From the NCBI GenBank assembly GCA_951406725.2, contig OX597820.1, forward strand, positions 4,588,001-4,652,000: a DNA stretch of 64,000 nucleotides. Direction: 5' to 3'. This document shows, piece after piece, positions 50,315 to 63,792 of this stretch. The notes beneath the pieces were generated by a model. The model worked only from the letters and a program-made list of their open reading frames with translations, was not told where the DNA came from and searched no databases. The position numbers and the translations under genes are program-made. Every line of letters starts with the position of its first letter. The stretch's first letter is position 1. The DNA comes from Octopus vulgaris (Eukaryota).

Positions 50315-50820
50315 TGCTCTGTCTTAAATGTGTCTTAACTATGTTGTGTCTTAAATAAGTCATGTCTTGACTGTGTTGTGGCTTGACTGTGATATGTCTG
50401 AACTTTGTTGTGTTTTAACTGTATTGTTTGATTTGTGTTGAGTCTTAACTATGTTTTGTCTTAACTACTCTGTCTTACCTGTGCTGTTTTACCTGTACTC
50501 TGTCTTACTCATGTCCTGTTTTACCTGTGATGTATCTTACCTGTGATGTGTCTTACCTGTGCACTGTCTTACCTGTACACTGTCTTACCTGTGCACTTTC
50601 TTACTCGTGTCCTGTTTTACCTGTGCTCTGTCTTACCTGTGCTCTATCTTACTCGTGTTCTGTCTTACCTGTGATGTATCTTACCTGTGATGTGTCTTAC
50701 CTGTGATGTGTCTTACTTGTGATGTGTCTTACCTGTGATGTGTCTTACTTGTGATGTGTCTTACCTGTGCACTGTCTTACCTGTGATGTGACTTATTTGT
50801 ATTGTATCTTGACTATTTTG
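50315..50820. repeat. 16-bp minisatellite (TCTTACCTGTGATGTG and variants), ~30 copies
   Basis: Direct inspection. Units grade from CTTAACT to CTTACCTG. Confidence 0.9.
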
Positions 50821-51545
50821 TCATATCTCTATTTCATTGTTGTTTGCTTTACACACCCAATCCAATTTTTGAAAAGGTATTGTCATAGGTGATGGTCATA
50901 TAATGTGTTATAATCTATATCAAGACAATCTTTAATTCAGATCAACCATTGATGTTAACCTTCAATCATCTCATTGCAATTATTGAACACTGCCTTTAAT
51001 TGTGCGATTTTCAAATGTTGAATGTAGAAGTGGCAAAACTTGCACCATGGATTGACTCTCAGTTACTCACATGCACACACACACACACACACGCACACTC
51101 ATACAATGGATAAACTCCAACCCTTGGGAATGCAAGCACATGACCCCCCCCACTCCACGACCTGGCAAAGCTGCACCTACAGAGGGGCCACCTCCAACAA
51201 ACGAAAGAGAAAACACCTGTCTGTTGTATGGCCCTTCTCTGAATGCATCCCAGGATGTCAGTGTGTGTAACAGCAGCCCTACAAATGACAAACTATGCAA
51301 GTCCAGAAACCTGAAACCCTGTGTGTGCACAAAGCAAACTTCCCTACCACATAACAACCCTTTTTGCACAATTTAATAAAGGGCTTTCACCAAATCTTTT
51401 TTATTATTATTATTATTGAATCAGCGATTAATTTCATATTTTTGTTGTTCCCCCTCTAAATTTTGGTCTTGTGTTTACATAGGAAGCATTCTCCGACTTG
51501 TTCTCTCTCTCCTCCCCCCCCCCCCCCACCCATCATCTCTTGCAG

Positions 51546-51583
51546 ACTCGGTAGAGCTGCAGAGATTACATGTTGTGCTGTGA
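51546..51583 (+). CDS. Candidate exon (phase 1: xSVELQRLHVVL*; internal donor GTGAGT at 51580)
   Basis: Pyrimidine tract plus CTCTTGCAG acceptor, and a consensus donor. Confidence 0.25.
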
Positions 51584-51895
51584 GTCAATGATGTTGTGAT
51601 TCTTGTTGCAATCTCATGATGCAGGTGTGTTTACTTGGTGAACTGCACAGGGTTAGCTTGGCGCATGAAAGGGATGGGAATTTCAAACTGGAGGTTATGT
51701 GCACAACACACAACACACAACCATACTTGCGCGCATGTACACATACACACACACGCAAAACCATACACACAGAACCATACACACACACACTCACACAACC
51801 ATACACACACAGAACCATACAGACACTGCCATACACAGCTGTGCACACACAGACACACACATAGAACCATACATACAGAACAAGACACACATAAC

Positions 51896-51931
<36 letters not shown>

Positions 51932-52439
51932 ATCATGTATACAGAATCATACACACAGATCTACACACACACACACACATACACATAAACACAAAACCAT
52001 GCATACAAAACCATACACACACACACACATGCACACAAAACCATGGATGCAGAACTGTACACACACAACTACACACACACACACACTCACGCACACACAC
52101 ATAGTTTGTGCCATTTAATGTCTAACCGACATCTCTGCCATGTTTACTGTAATTGACTTAAAAATTATGGAATAGGTTGCAAGAAAATACATCTATTTGT
52201 AGACATATGTATGTATTCATTTATCTACACATGTCTGTGTGTCTCCGTATGCAAACGCTACATGTCTGTGAAGAATTTGATAGGTTTCAACTTTCTCTTG
52301 AGTTTTAATTCTTCAATGGAAATGTGTTTTGAAGAATTCCTCTTCAGAAGTGGATAATCAGAGACAGTGAAGCCTGACTCTTCACTCATCTCACTTGTTA
52401 GACAAGCATTAACATCGATAAATACACACATACGTAGTA

Positions 52440-52481
52440 CACACCACACACATATATGTAATTACATACACATATACATGC

Positions 52482-52524
<43 letters not shown>

Positions 52525-52560
52525 TGCTTATATGCATAGATGTATATATACACATACGTG

Positions 52561-52632
<72 letters not shown>

Positions 52633-52642
52633 CATACATACC

Positions 52643-52682
<40 letters not shown>

Positions 52683-52723
52683 TATACATACATATATATA
52701 TATATATATACACACACATATAC

Positions 52724-52782
<59 letters not shown>

Positions 52783-52847
52783 CACATGCTTATATGCATA
52801 GATGTATATATACACATACTTGCATACATACATGCATACATACATAC

Positions 52848-52896
<49 letters not shown>

Positions 52897-52906
52897 CATA
52901 CATACC

Positions 52907-52948
<42 letters not shown>

Positions 52949-53077
52949 TATACATACATATATATATATATATACACACATATACATACATACATACATA
53001 TATATATATATACACATATACATACATACATATATATATATATATACATATACATACATACATACATATGTGTATAT

Positions 53078-53125
<48 letters not shown>

Positions 53126-53180
53126 CATATATATATACTTACATGTCTGTTGTATGCTTGTATGTGTATATATATAATAT
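52440..53180. repeat. Compound (TA)/(CA)/(CATA) microsatellite containing a ~260-bp tandem duplication
   Basis: CACATGCTTATATGCATAGATG occurs at ~52521 and ~52783, with a matching downstream pattern. Confidence 0.9.
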
Positions 53181-53216
53181 GCCTTTTAGACAGTTTCTTA
53201 GATATAAACTTCTGTA

Positions 53217-53252
<36 letters not shown>

Positions 53253-53429
53253 GCTTATGCGCGCATGCATAGACATATGTTTATGGATATGTGCTCAGCT
53301 TTGGTGCCAACCTCTTCAGATTATGGTAATGTCTGCAAGAGGCTGTCACTGTCTGTCTACAATTTCCAAACTCTTTTGATCTCCCAACTCCACACAATTT
53401 ATTAACGTCTACTTCTTTTTTATACTCAG

Positions 53430-53479
53430 AGTTTCTGTTCGCGGTGGATGTCGGCGTTAATGACTCGGCCACTAATTAA
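53430..53479 (+). CDS. Candidate terminal exon (phase 1: xFLFAVDVGVNDSATN*)
   Basis: TTAAC branch-like motif at 53402, CTTCTTTTTTATACTCAG acceptor and CpG-rich codons. Confidence 0.3.
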
Positions 53480-53629
53480 AGTATTTTGATGTAACGACCA
53501 TTAGGAAACTCATTAGCAAAACCATATTTCACTCCAGCTTTCAACGTTTTCAACTTTCTCACTAATTTATCTCATCATTCTGCAACTCCATCACCGAGTC
53601 CTACTGCCACCACCACCCTCTTGCTATCT

Positions 53630-54032
53630 CTACTTTTACTTTTACTTGCTTCAGTCATTTGACTGCGGCCATGCTGGAGCACCGCCTTTTAGTCGAGCAA
53701 ATCGACCCCGGGACTTATTCTTTGTAAGCCTAGTACTTATTCTATCGGTCTCTTTTGCCGAACCGCTAATTGACGGGGACATAAACACACCAGCATCGGT
53801 TGTCAAGCAATGCTAGGGGGACAAACACACACACACAAACGCACACACATACACATATATACATATATATGACGGGCTTCTTTCAGTTTCCGTCTACCAA
53901 ATCCACTCACAAGGCTTTGGTCGGCCCGAGGCTTTAGCAGAAGACACTTGCCCAAGATGCCACGCAGTGGGACTGAACCCGGAACCATGTGGTTGGTTAG
54001 CAAGCTACTTACCACACAGCCACTCCTGCGCC
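53630..54032 (-). mobile_element. Family A SINE, full length, young (CpGs retained)
   Basis: Same structure as the other family A copies. Confidence 0.9.
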
Positions 54033-54107
54033 TCTGTCTCTCTTTCTCTCTTTCTCTCTCTTTGTCTCTACTCATTTACATAAAGTGTGGGTTGTACCCA
54101 TATTGTA

Positions 54108-54138
<31 letters not shown>

Positions 54139-55258
54139 CTTTATATTTAGGTGTGTGTGTGTATTTTTGTCTCTCTTTGTCCCTCTCTCTATGCTTGTGT
54201 CCTCTCTGCCTCTTTCCCTCTCTATATATCTATATGCCCCCTTTCTCTCTCTCAATCTATGTGTATGTGTACATCCATCCTTCTATGTATGTGTGTGTGT
54301 GAATCTCCCTTTAAATCTCTGTGTGTGTCCCTCTAGTTATGTGTGTATCCCCCTCTCTCTCAATCTAAATACATCATCTGTGTCTGCCTTTCTCTGTATC
54401 CCTCCCTCCATCCCTCCATCTCTGTTCTCATTCTTTCTGTCCCTTCCTCCCTCCTGGTGTTTCTTCACCTCTTACCTCTACCCCTACCCCTCCTTACCAG
54501 TTCACCAATTTAATGTACCTCCTCCCCCCATCACATATACTGCTCCCTTATTTTACAACACTATTACATAACATCAACAACCAAAACAGGGAGCAGTGTG
54601 GAAATTCCCTTCAGAATCCCGTGGCTTTCAGCTTTGGTTCCACTCTGCAGCAGCACCTTGGGTGTTTTCTGCTATTGTCCCACGACCAACCAACACCTTG
54701 AGAGGGAATTTGATAGATGGAAACTGCAGGAAGCTTATTGTTTATGTATGCATGTAGCCATACCACCATGGAAAACAGATATTAACTGATTGTGTCTGTG
54801 TGTGTACAAATATCCATATTCAATGATTGTCAAATGAAATAATGGTGATGTTTATAACAATCCTTGCTGACCTGAAGGGTCTCTTTCACCTTTTGAATAT
54901 CTCTGGAATAAAAAGATGCCTTCTTTGAAAATAGATGAGGTTTGGCATCAGGAAGAGCATCCAGTCATAAAATCCCGTCTTGAATAATTCCTCGTCCCAA
55001 ATCTTGCCAGCATGGAGAAACAGACATTAACGAACAAATGATATTAATTAGGCATCAACATCATTTAAAATCAACATTATGAAAATAAATCTAACGAGAT
55101 CTGTGTCAGTTGATTAAATTTTATAATTAAAAACATTCCCCCACTGGAATCTCTATATTTGCTGCTTAGAATCCTCCAAATTCCTCTGGGGTCCTGGGAC
55201 AAGCCCAAAGTGAATTTAGGGAACATTAACCATTTTATTCATTCTTCAACATCCAAAG

Positions 55259-55520
55259 CAGTGGATCTCAGCCAGGGTCTTTATGACCTTTAAGGGTCCA
55301 AAGTTCACGTGCAATAAGTTAGGTATACATCTTCAATAAACGAAATATTTAAACATTTTTTAATAGAATTTTAATAAAATTTTAATAGAATTTTAATAAA
55401 ATTGAAATACAAAAATATAAGATTTTTTTAAAATATTAAATGGCTGTGAGGGTCCATCTCAATAAAATAAGGAATCAAAAGGATCCAGAGTGAAAAAAAA
55501 AAGGGGGTTGGGAAACCCTG
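55259..55520. mobile_element. hAT (Charlie-like) MITE
   Basis: TIRs CAGTGGATCTCAGCC / GGTTGGGAAACCCTG. 8-bp TSD ATCCAAAG / ATCTAAAG. Confidence 0.8.
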
Positions 55521-56358
55521 ATCTAAAGTTTGTTTCTTCATCTGTTAAATTAATTTCTTGAGTCACACTTCTTTAACAACTCTAAAGATCGGAGGTGGGG
55601 GTGCTGGGGTTGGAGCTGGGTGGATTCTATAGTCTGGAGTCTCTGCTAATTGACCATGTTTTTCGAGTGGTGGGGGACTGTTCGCTTCCCATATGTAATA
55701 AAGAGGTTTACATGGAGGCATTCACATGAGACAGCATCCATGCATAGCTTGCTAAGCAAATAGGTGTGTGTACTTAGGGAGGGCAAGATAAATAAAGACC
55801 ATGAAAAATGGAATATTCAGTTGAGATATTTGGTTTGCGTGTTTGTTTAAAAGCTGCACTCCGGGGTAGGCAACCAGTGTTCGTTGCCTGTGTTTCACGT
55901 GTTTATCTAATAAGTTTTATATCAGCTACCGTTCTATCCACCCCCGACCACCACCACCTGCTCCAGTTCGGCCCCCCACCCCACCCCGCCCAACATTCTC
56001 TGTAATTACGGGGTTTGTATTTACATCTGGGAAAATTAGAGTCCAAAACTTTTAAAGGATGCAAAAAAAAAAACCCCCCAAACAAACGAAAAACCAAGAA
56101 AAAAAAATACCTATATGAAACAACAAAAAAGCAAAGAAACAGGAATAAATGTTAAATATAAATAAACAAAAAAATATCCCCTCCCCGCCCACCCACACCC
56201 GCATTTATTCCCCCTCCCCCCTCTAAAAAAACTAGGGAATCAATTAAATATAAAAATACAAATAAATATGAAAATAAAATAAAACAACAGACGATGTTGA
56301 TGCAAGATTTTTTCTACTTTTGTCTGGATTTATCTGTGAACAAACTTAATGGTTTCTG

Positions 56359-56359
<1 letters not shown>

Positions 56360-56391
<32 letters not shown>

Positions 56392-56424
56392 CATGGAAGT
56401 ACAAATACATACATGTAAATATGC

Positions 56425-56472
<48 letters not shown>

Positions 56473-56529
56473 GTATATGTATATATATGTATATGTATAT
56501 GTATATATGTATATATATATATGTATATG

Positions 56530-56563
<34 letters not shown>

Positions 56564-56721
56564 TATATATACATGTACATATACACTTACATATTTGTAA
56601 ATATATATGCATGCATGTGTATATGTGTATATATATATATATCTGTATGTATGTATATGTGTGTGTATACATATGTATATTTCTGTGTATATGTGTGTGT
56701 ATGTATCTACATATCTGTAAG

Positions 56722-56757
<36 letters not shown>

Positions 56758-57130
56758 TATATATATATACACATATATATATACACACATATATATATAT
56801 ATACACATATATATATACACACATATATATATATACACATATATATATATATATACATATATATATATGTGTGTGTGTGTTTTTCTATATATATGTTTCT
56901 CTATATATACATATATATACGCATATGTATGTGTGTGTGTATGTACATGTATATATATATATATATATATGTATCTACATATCTGTAAATATATATGTGT
57001 GTGTGTGTGTGTATATGTGTATATATGTGTGTTTATATATATACATACACAACATATATATATATATATATATATGCATATGCGTGTGTATACATACGTA
57101 TGTATGTTAATATATATGCACATACATGCA
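56360..57130. repeat. Compound (CA)/(TA)/(TG) microsatellite
   Basis: Direct inspection. It explains the 371-aa ORF. Confidence 0.95.
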
Positions 57131-58194
57131 TACAGACAGCTGCTTCTATTGCTACTACTACTACTACTACTACTACTACCCCTCTCTTTTCATTGCATGC
57201 ACATACAGACTGCTCCCTCCCCCCCCCCACACACATCTCTGCTTGTCCCTTTGGAATGGGTCGTGTGGGTATGGGAGTTGATCTATGTCTGCGAGTCTCA
57301 TGCATGCATGGCAATCTGTACGTGTGTGCGCACAAGTGTGTGTGTGTGTTGCTGTAGGCTTTCGGGTAAACTGCATAAGGACGAGGGCAATATGTACACG
57401 AGCATGTAGTGGTGACGTGTGTGTGCGTGTGGTGCTGTGCATGGGTGTTTGTGTGTGGCAACATAGACATGCGTCTGTGTGTGTGTGTGTGTGTATGTGT
57501 GTGTCTGCAGTGCAACCTATCAACAACAACAACAACTGCAATCCTCTTCTCTCTTCTAACTTTCTCTTTGTTTACTCGGAGTATTTCTGGTTGTAGTCTT
57601 CTCCAAAAACTCAAACACCATATCTTTCTCTCTCACCCTCTTACCTTCCCCGTCTCTCTCTCCCCCTCTCCCCCTCTCTCTCTTATCCTCCTCTCATCTT
57701 CTCTCCCTCTCGCCCTCCCTCCCTTTATTATGTAACGACTCCTCCAGACGTCTTCACCCATTTTGTACTCTCCTACTACTCCTCATGTTCCTTCCTGACT
57801 TCCTTTCTTTGTTAATCTTATTTTGGTTATTGTTGCTGTTTTGGTCCCCCTCTTTCCTCTCTCCCCCCTCTCCGTCCCTTTGTTGTTGTTCATCCATTTT
57901 CCGTTTTGTTAATATTTCCGGGATTAATGGATTAATGCTTGTTAAGAACGAGTTTCATCGTCCAGAGATAATCTCCTGAGACTAGCTGAGGTTATTGATA
58001 ATGTCTGTAGCAGCGATATAATGAGGGCTAAAAGCTGAATGGTCACTTTTAAATTTATGGCATCACCCTAACATCATCATCATCATCTTCGTCATCATCA
58101 TTGCCATTTCAGAAATATCTACATTCTTTTGCACCCAATTCCACCAAAGTGCCAGTCTTTGATTATCACCCATATTTGTTCCTTTGTTTCGCAG

Positions 58195-58214
58195 ATGTTG
58201 ACCCCAAACTGTGA
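58195..58214 (+). CDS. Candidate terminal exon (phase 1: xVDPKL*)
   Basis: Acceptor TTTGTTCCTTTGTTTCGCAG only. Confidence 0.2.
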
Positions 58215-58544
58215 TATTGTGAAATTATGGCTCAACTATAAGATCTGTCTTAATATTTCTTTTAGACTGCTCCTCCACTGAGCCCACGCAATGCATCCTT
58301 CTGTTTGGATCAGTAGCGCAGGTACCATTTCGCATTGTCTTCTAGTGTTTATGTTTTGTTCCAGAAATACTAAACTCTCCGCATAGTGGTACAAAAATGC
58401 TTTATTTGTGGGATGATTAAACATGCATACATATATATATATACTCACATTCATACACATACATGCACAAACACATGGTTATGTATGCTCATAACACATA
58501 TATATTTTTATTTACAAACATAGATATATGCAAATTTGTGTGTA

Positions 58545-58579
<35 letters not shown>

Positions 58580-59393
58580 TTATAGTTTACAACTTGCTAG
58601 ATTGTTTCGGTAGTAATGACCTTGTCAGAATTCAAGTTTTGAGGAAGGTAGCGTTTAATACACACACACATACGCACATGCACACACACATACGCACATG
58701 CACACACACGCACACACACCTATGTGCGTGCTCGCGTAACTGTATGTATATATTTGTGACTATAACAGTTTTGGTTTATTAGTTTAGTTGGTTAATTTTG
58801 AAAATTTTACTTTATCCAATATATTTTCGGTCGAAGTTTCTAGAATAATTAAACTTTCAGTCATACAAAGAGATTTGTGATATATGATTTAGTTTGATAA
58901 ATAGTTTGCTTAAAACTCTAGACAGTAGACCCATTACAATAAATAGACATTTGTGTATGTATGTGTGTATATATCTCTGTTTATATTTGTGTGTGTGTGT
59001 ATACACACACACGCACACATATACAGAGGCACAGATGTATGTATGTGTGTGAAGTATTGTTATATGTAACTTTCGTATGGCTGCAATGTTTTGCGCATGG
59101 AGAAGAGCTGTATTCGATTTTAATATTTAAATCCCAGCGCTGTGCTTTTGCATAGAGCTGCGAAAGCTAATTGTGCTTCATGTGTCCAGCATGTGTATAG
59201 AAGTGTTATTGCACCTGTACGTGCATGTGTTCTATGGTAATCTGTGTCCGTTTTAGTTGTAGTATGCAGGCTTTGGTGCATGTCAAATGTTGTAAGTTCA
59301 GCGGTGTTTTGTCTTGCTGGATGCCTAATTTTAACAACCAGTTCAAAGTACGTCATGGATTCATGCAGGAGTCACTAGATATAATATACATTA

Positions 59394-59775
59394 CTAGCAC
59401 TATGACCTGGCAACGTCGGGTCATAGTGCTAGTGCATGCATATACAGCTGCGTGCGTGTGCACATACACGCGAGTACTGTCCAAATCTCTGACCAATCAC
59501 ATACAGCTCGCTGGCATTCAATTGGCGTATCAAGCTTCGGGCATTTTGATTGGGTTTTGGATAGAAAATTCACAAAAAAGTCACTTCTATTGATTTTTTA
59601 ATGGCTTTGCTGGGTGACTGGGAAAATGTAAAGATGTGCACGACCACCCTTGGACGGTTTTGAATGACCATAGAAAGAGCGAGCCCTCTAGCTGAAAAAT
59701 TGTGGATTTGTATAAAGGACACGCACACACACACACACACAAAGACAGACATTTTGCCGTTTATATATAGAGAGA
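59394..59775 (-). mobile_element. Non-autonomous Helitron
   Basis: Minus strand starts TCTCTCTATATATAAACGGC and ends in a hairpin plus CTAG. Inserted between A and T with no TSD. Confidence 0.8.
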
Positions 59776-60070
59776 TGTAGTGTATATGAGACATGCTGTC
59801 AGTATATATAATATACATATTTCAACTTATAACTACGTATTTAACAGTATATATAGCAACATATGATTATACGTTTACACACACACACACACACGCACAC
59901 ATTGGTGAGTGGACAAACGAAGCAAAGAGGCACTGAACACATCTAGTAGGGGGTTATATTATTATTTAAAACAGTTTCATCCTATCCCGTGCAACTTTCA
60001 GAGGTACCCGAACTTGCCGAGCTAGGATTCTGTAAGGAGCCTACGAAGGGGGCTGAATCAAACTGTTTTA

Positions 60071-60109
<39 letters not shown>

Positions 60110-60110
<1 letters not shown>

Positions 60111-60638
60111 GGAATAACAACAGAAAAAAGATGGTATAGGCACACACCAGAAAAGGTCAGAGAAAACGAGAAAGTAACCACACTATGGGATGTGCCAATA
60201 AATACAGATAGAGAAATTAAGGCTAATAGGCCAGATATAGTTGTCAGAGATCATGAAGAAAAAAATGCTTTCTAATTAATGTGTCAATACCGGCAGACGA
60301 CAACGTTTCTCTAAAAGAAATAGAGAAACTTTCAAAATACAAAGACCTGGAAATAGAGGTAACTAGAATGTGGAATCTGAAAACAGAAACAATTCCTATC
60401 ATAGTAGGTGCATTAGGCATGGTAAAAAAAAATTCAGACAAATACATAACAAAAACACCAGGACTTACAAATACATATAACATACAGAAAATTGCACTAC
60501 TGGGCACTGCATACATCCTACGCAATGCACTTTCAATACAGTAACCATAAGATCACCACAACAAACCACAGCACATACCCAAAGCACACAGAACTGCGCT
60601 CGGTAGTGAAGTGAAAGCACGCTATAAAAATAAAACTA

Positions 60639-60680
<42 letters not shown>
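60110..60680 (+). mobile_element. 5'-truncated R4/Dong-like LINE (restriction-like endonuclease domain, 3' UTR, (AAT)n tail)
   Basis: WYRHTPEKV..LWDVPINTDREIKANRPDIVV / LINVSIPAD..KEIEKLSKYKDL..IPIIVGALG..IQKIALLGTAYILR*, with a frameshift near 60262. (AAT)n on both sides. Confidence 0.9.
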
Positions 60681-60934
60681 TTTAAGTCAATGGATATTTT
60701 GAGTCTTTACAATTGTTTCAATAGTCTGTTCAGAAAAACAAACCATCCCTTCAGTAGAAAATAAAAAGATATTTCGATATATTCATCTGATGAGACGATG
60801 CGGCTCTTTTCATCATGTTTCAGCTGCATAAATTCAAATTTATGCCAGTTCTTATAATGCATTACAGGAATATGGGAGTTTAGTGTTGTTGAAATATTGA
60901 GCCCTAATTCGTATTGTAGCGTATCGTCGATCGT

Positions 60935-61085
60935 TTAAAATGGGTGGAACTTGTGCAAAAGAGGGACCCAGAAAGACATGGGCCAAAATAGTGAAGGCTG
61001 ATCTCAAAATGTTGTCTCATGTGGGAAATGACAAGGACCAAGACCATCAGCATTTCACAGTGCTCAATAAAACTCCCCTGTCACA
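60935..61085 (+). mobile_element. Degenerate RTE ORF2 C-terminal fragment
   Basis: GPRKTWAKIVKADLKML resembles the RTE GRPRKTW...DL motif. Confidence 0.55.
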
Positions 61086-61328
61086 GTGGAAGGGAGGTGT
61101 TAAAAGCATTAGGATTCTGTCTGTACAAACAGTGGTCCCTGCCCTGCATCCAATCTGTCCCCATCAAGCTTTCTCCCTCCCTCCCACCTTTCCTTTTCCT
61201 GACAGCCATCCCACCAACACTCTTCTAACAATGACATCATTCAGCCTCTTTCACCTTTTCATCTCCGTTCTGGTACCAGTTACCTCCCCCTTTCTTTGGA
61301 ACCACCTCATTTAACAGCGATCCCTTAT

Positions 61329-61360
<32 letters not shown>

Positions 61361-61433
61361 CAAAGAACATTATTATTCGTAAAAATAATAACGTTAGTGG
61401 CTGCAAGCATAAAAGCCGTATAGGTTAAAATCA

Positions 61434-61466
<33 letters not shown>

Positions 61467-61832
61467 CTAGCAGTATCGCCCGGCGTTGCTCAGGTTTGTA
61501 AGGGAAATAACTATAAAGCATTTTTAGAGAGTTATAGCCAAAATATAGCAAAAAAATGGGGAAAAAATGATGGTAAATTTTTTTTGAGAGTTAAAAAAGG
61601 TGGAGTTGCGTCCCCTAGACGGTCTGTGGTTTGGGTTTTTGATTCTCGACCCCATGTCGAATTTATCGATTTTTTTCATAACTGGGGAACTTTTCAAAAT
61701 TTTCGCTGCGTTAGTTTTGAATTATGACATTGGGCTATGTGTGTGTCAAGTTTCATCAGAATCGGTTGAAAGCCGTGGTCAGGGTGAGGGTACGAGAAAA
61801 CAGACACACAGAAAACGCACAGACAAACTGCC

Positions 61833-61845
<13 letters not shown>
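61467..61845 (-). mobile_element. Non-autonomous Helitron within (TA)n
   Basis: Minus-strand 3' end CCTGAGCAACGCCGGGCGATACTGCTAG|T. Its 5' end TATATAAACGGCA is shared with 59394-59775. Confidence 0.75.
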
Positions 61846-61887
<42 letters not shown>

Positions 61888-61899
<12 letters not shown>

Positions 61900-62122
61900 G
61901 CATCCTTTCTGTCTCGGGAGACAATGGAGTTGCGCATAAAGTAGTCTAGTCCGGCTTTTACATTTCATGTCCTGATACATTTCCTGCTGTGGCTGTGTAG
62001 ACCGATCTTACGTTACAAGGATGTTTGCAAAAGGGACATGAAGGCCTGCAACATCAATATTAGCGGTTGGGAAGCAGTTGCCGGCAACCGTGGAGAATGG
62101 CGACGTACCGTAAAAGAGGGAA
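61888..62122. mobile_element. RTE-BovB-like LINE 3' fragment with a 5' inversion
   Basis: Minus strand: IGLHSHSRKC..* plus 3' UTR CCATTGTCTCCCGAGAC..GGATGCC(AAC)n. Plus strand: RPILRYKDVCKRDMKACNINISGWEAVAGNRGEWRRTVKEG. Confidence 0.85.
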
Positions 62123-62148
62123 TATATATATATATATAAAATCAATAA

Positions 62149-62197
<49 letters not shown>

Positions 62198-63165
62198 AGA
62201 CAAATATATTTATATATGATAGGGTACTAAATAAGCACCCGCTTTGCTAAAAATAGGAGTGAAAACACTCCGAATACTGTCTCTTCCCTCTTTATTTCTT
62301 GCTGCTCACCTCTGTCTTTTCCTTCCGGTAACTCAACCTCTCCTCTGAGCAACATTTTAGGATTTTCATACCCCATCTTCAACGTCCTCGTATCTACTAT
62401 CAACAGCTGCCTCAACCTTTGACCCCCACTCACTATAGCCTCCACTACATACCTCTGGCCTCCATCTCTGTCCTTACTCACTCCCTCCTCCACTCGACCA
62501 TCCCATCTTGTGTTCTGATCTCTCTACAGGTTGATTTTGCTCTCCATCCTTTTTCTACTGCAACTCATCACCTCCTTTCTGGACTATTTTTTTTACCCCA
62601 CCCCTGCTACCTACTAATATTTACTATTCATCACTTCTCCACCTTTTTGTATCGTTCACTACATTCACCTCTAGCTCCATTTCTAGTCACCTGTCTCTCT
62701 CCTCTCCCACTCGTCTGGACCATATTCTCCCTTATACTCACCTTCCTGTAACCTTGAAAGTATGCCCCAACACCTCATCACCAACATCTCAGCTACTCCC
62801 ATCCACCCATTACATAATGCTGGGTAACCGTGTAACTCTTCCATTGTAAGACATCTGTGCCCGTTCCTCTCAACACCTGGCATAAAGCCGTTCCCTCTCT
62901 GCTACAACACCACACGGTCGAGAGAGCTTCTGTTTCTTTGCCTTGCCAGTTACCTTGGTCTCATAAAAAAAACCCTAAAATCAGTACACTTTATATGACT
63001 GACATTAAGAAGCACACCGGCTCATAGAAACGATGCCAAACTGAAAGTGGGGGGTCAGAAAGGGCTCTGGCTCAATGCATCTTGTTAAACACCCCCAACC
63101 CATGGAAGACGGACATAACACGAGGACGGAAATGATGATGAGAGCGTGCACACACATGTATACAT

Positions 63166-63312
63166 ACGACGGGTTTCTTTCAGTTTCCGTCTACCAAATC
63201 CACTCACAAAGCTTTGGTCGGCCCGAGGCTATAGCAGAAGGTGCCACGCAGTAGGACTGAACCCAGTACCATGTGGTTTAGAAGCAAGCATCTATTATAC
63301 ACATCCACGCCT
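63166..63312 (-). mobile_element. Family A SINE, 5' part
   Basis: Same head region as the other copies, with a small internal deletion. Confidence 0.8.
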
Positions 63313-63313
63313 T

Positions 63314-63379
<66 letters not shown>

Positions 63380-63563
63380 ATTGGCCAAAAGTCGACCGAT
63401 AGTGATCAAATTTTCGTAAATACTATCTGTAATTCTGTATCGACTCGAATGGGAAAATTCGTTAATTCGTTGCTGAAGGACTTCAGCTTTGAACAATTTT
63501 CATGATGTTTCGTATTTGGATGCTTTTATTAAAATCATTCAGTTGTTAAACATAAATAAAATA

Positions 63564-63792
63564 AGTGGTGAACTGGCAGGAGGGTCAGCACGCTGGGCAA
63601 AATGCCTAGTAGTCTTTCGTTACGCTCTGAGTTCAAATTCCGCCGAGGTCGACTTTGCCTTTCATCCTTTCGGGGTCGATTAAATAAGTACCAGTTACGC
63701 ACTGGGATCGATATAATCGACTTAATCCGTTTGTCTGTCTTTGTTTGTTCCCTCTGTGTTTAGCCCCTTGTGAGTAATAAAAAAATAGGTAT
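63564..63792 (+). mobile_element. Family B SINE
   Basis: B-box, Meta-like domain and AATAGGTAT end. Confidence 0.85.

Noticed and set aside
60787-60825. CTGATGAG hammerhead-like start
   Set aside because: No GAAA or stem III follows.
63376-63520. Possible Tc1/mariner end (AGGATTGGCCAAAAGTC after TA)
   Set aside because: No partner TIR or transposase sequence was found in the window.
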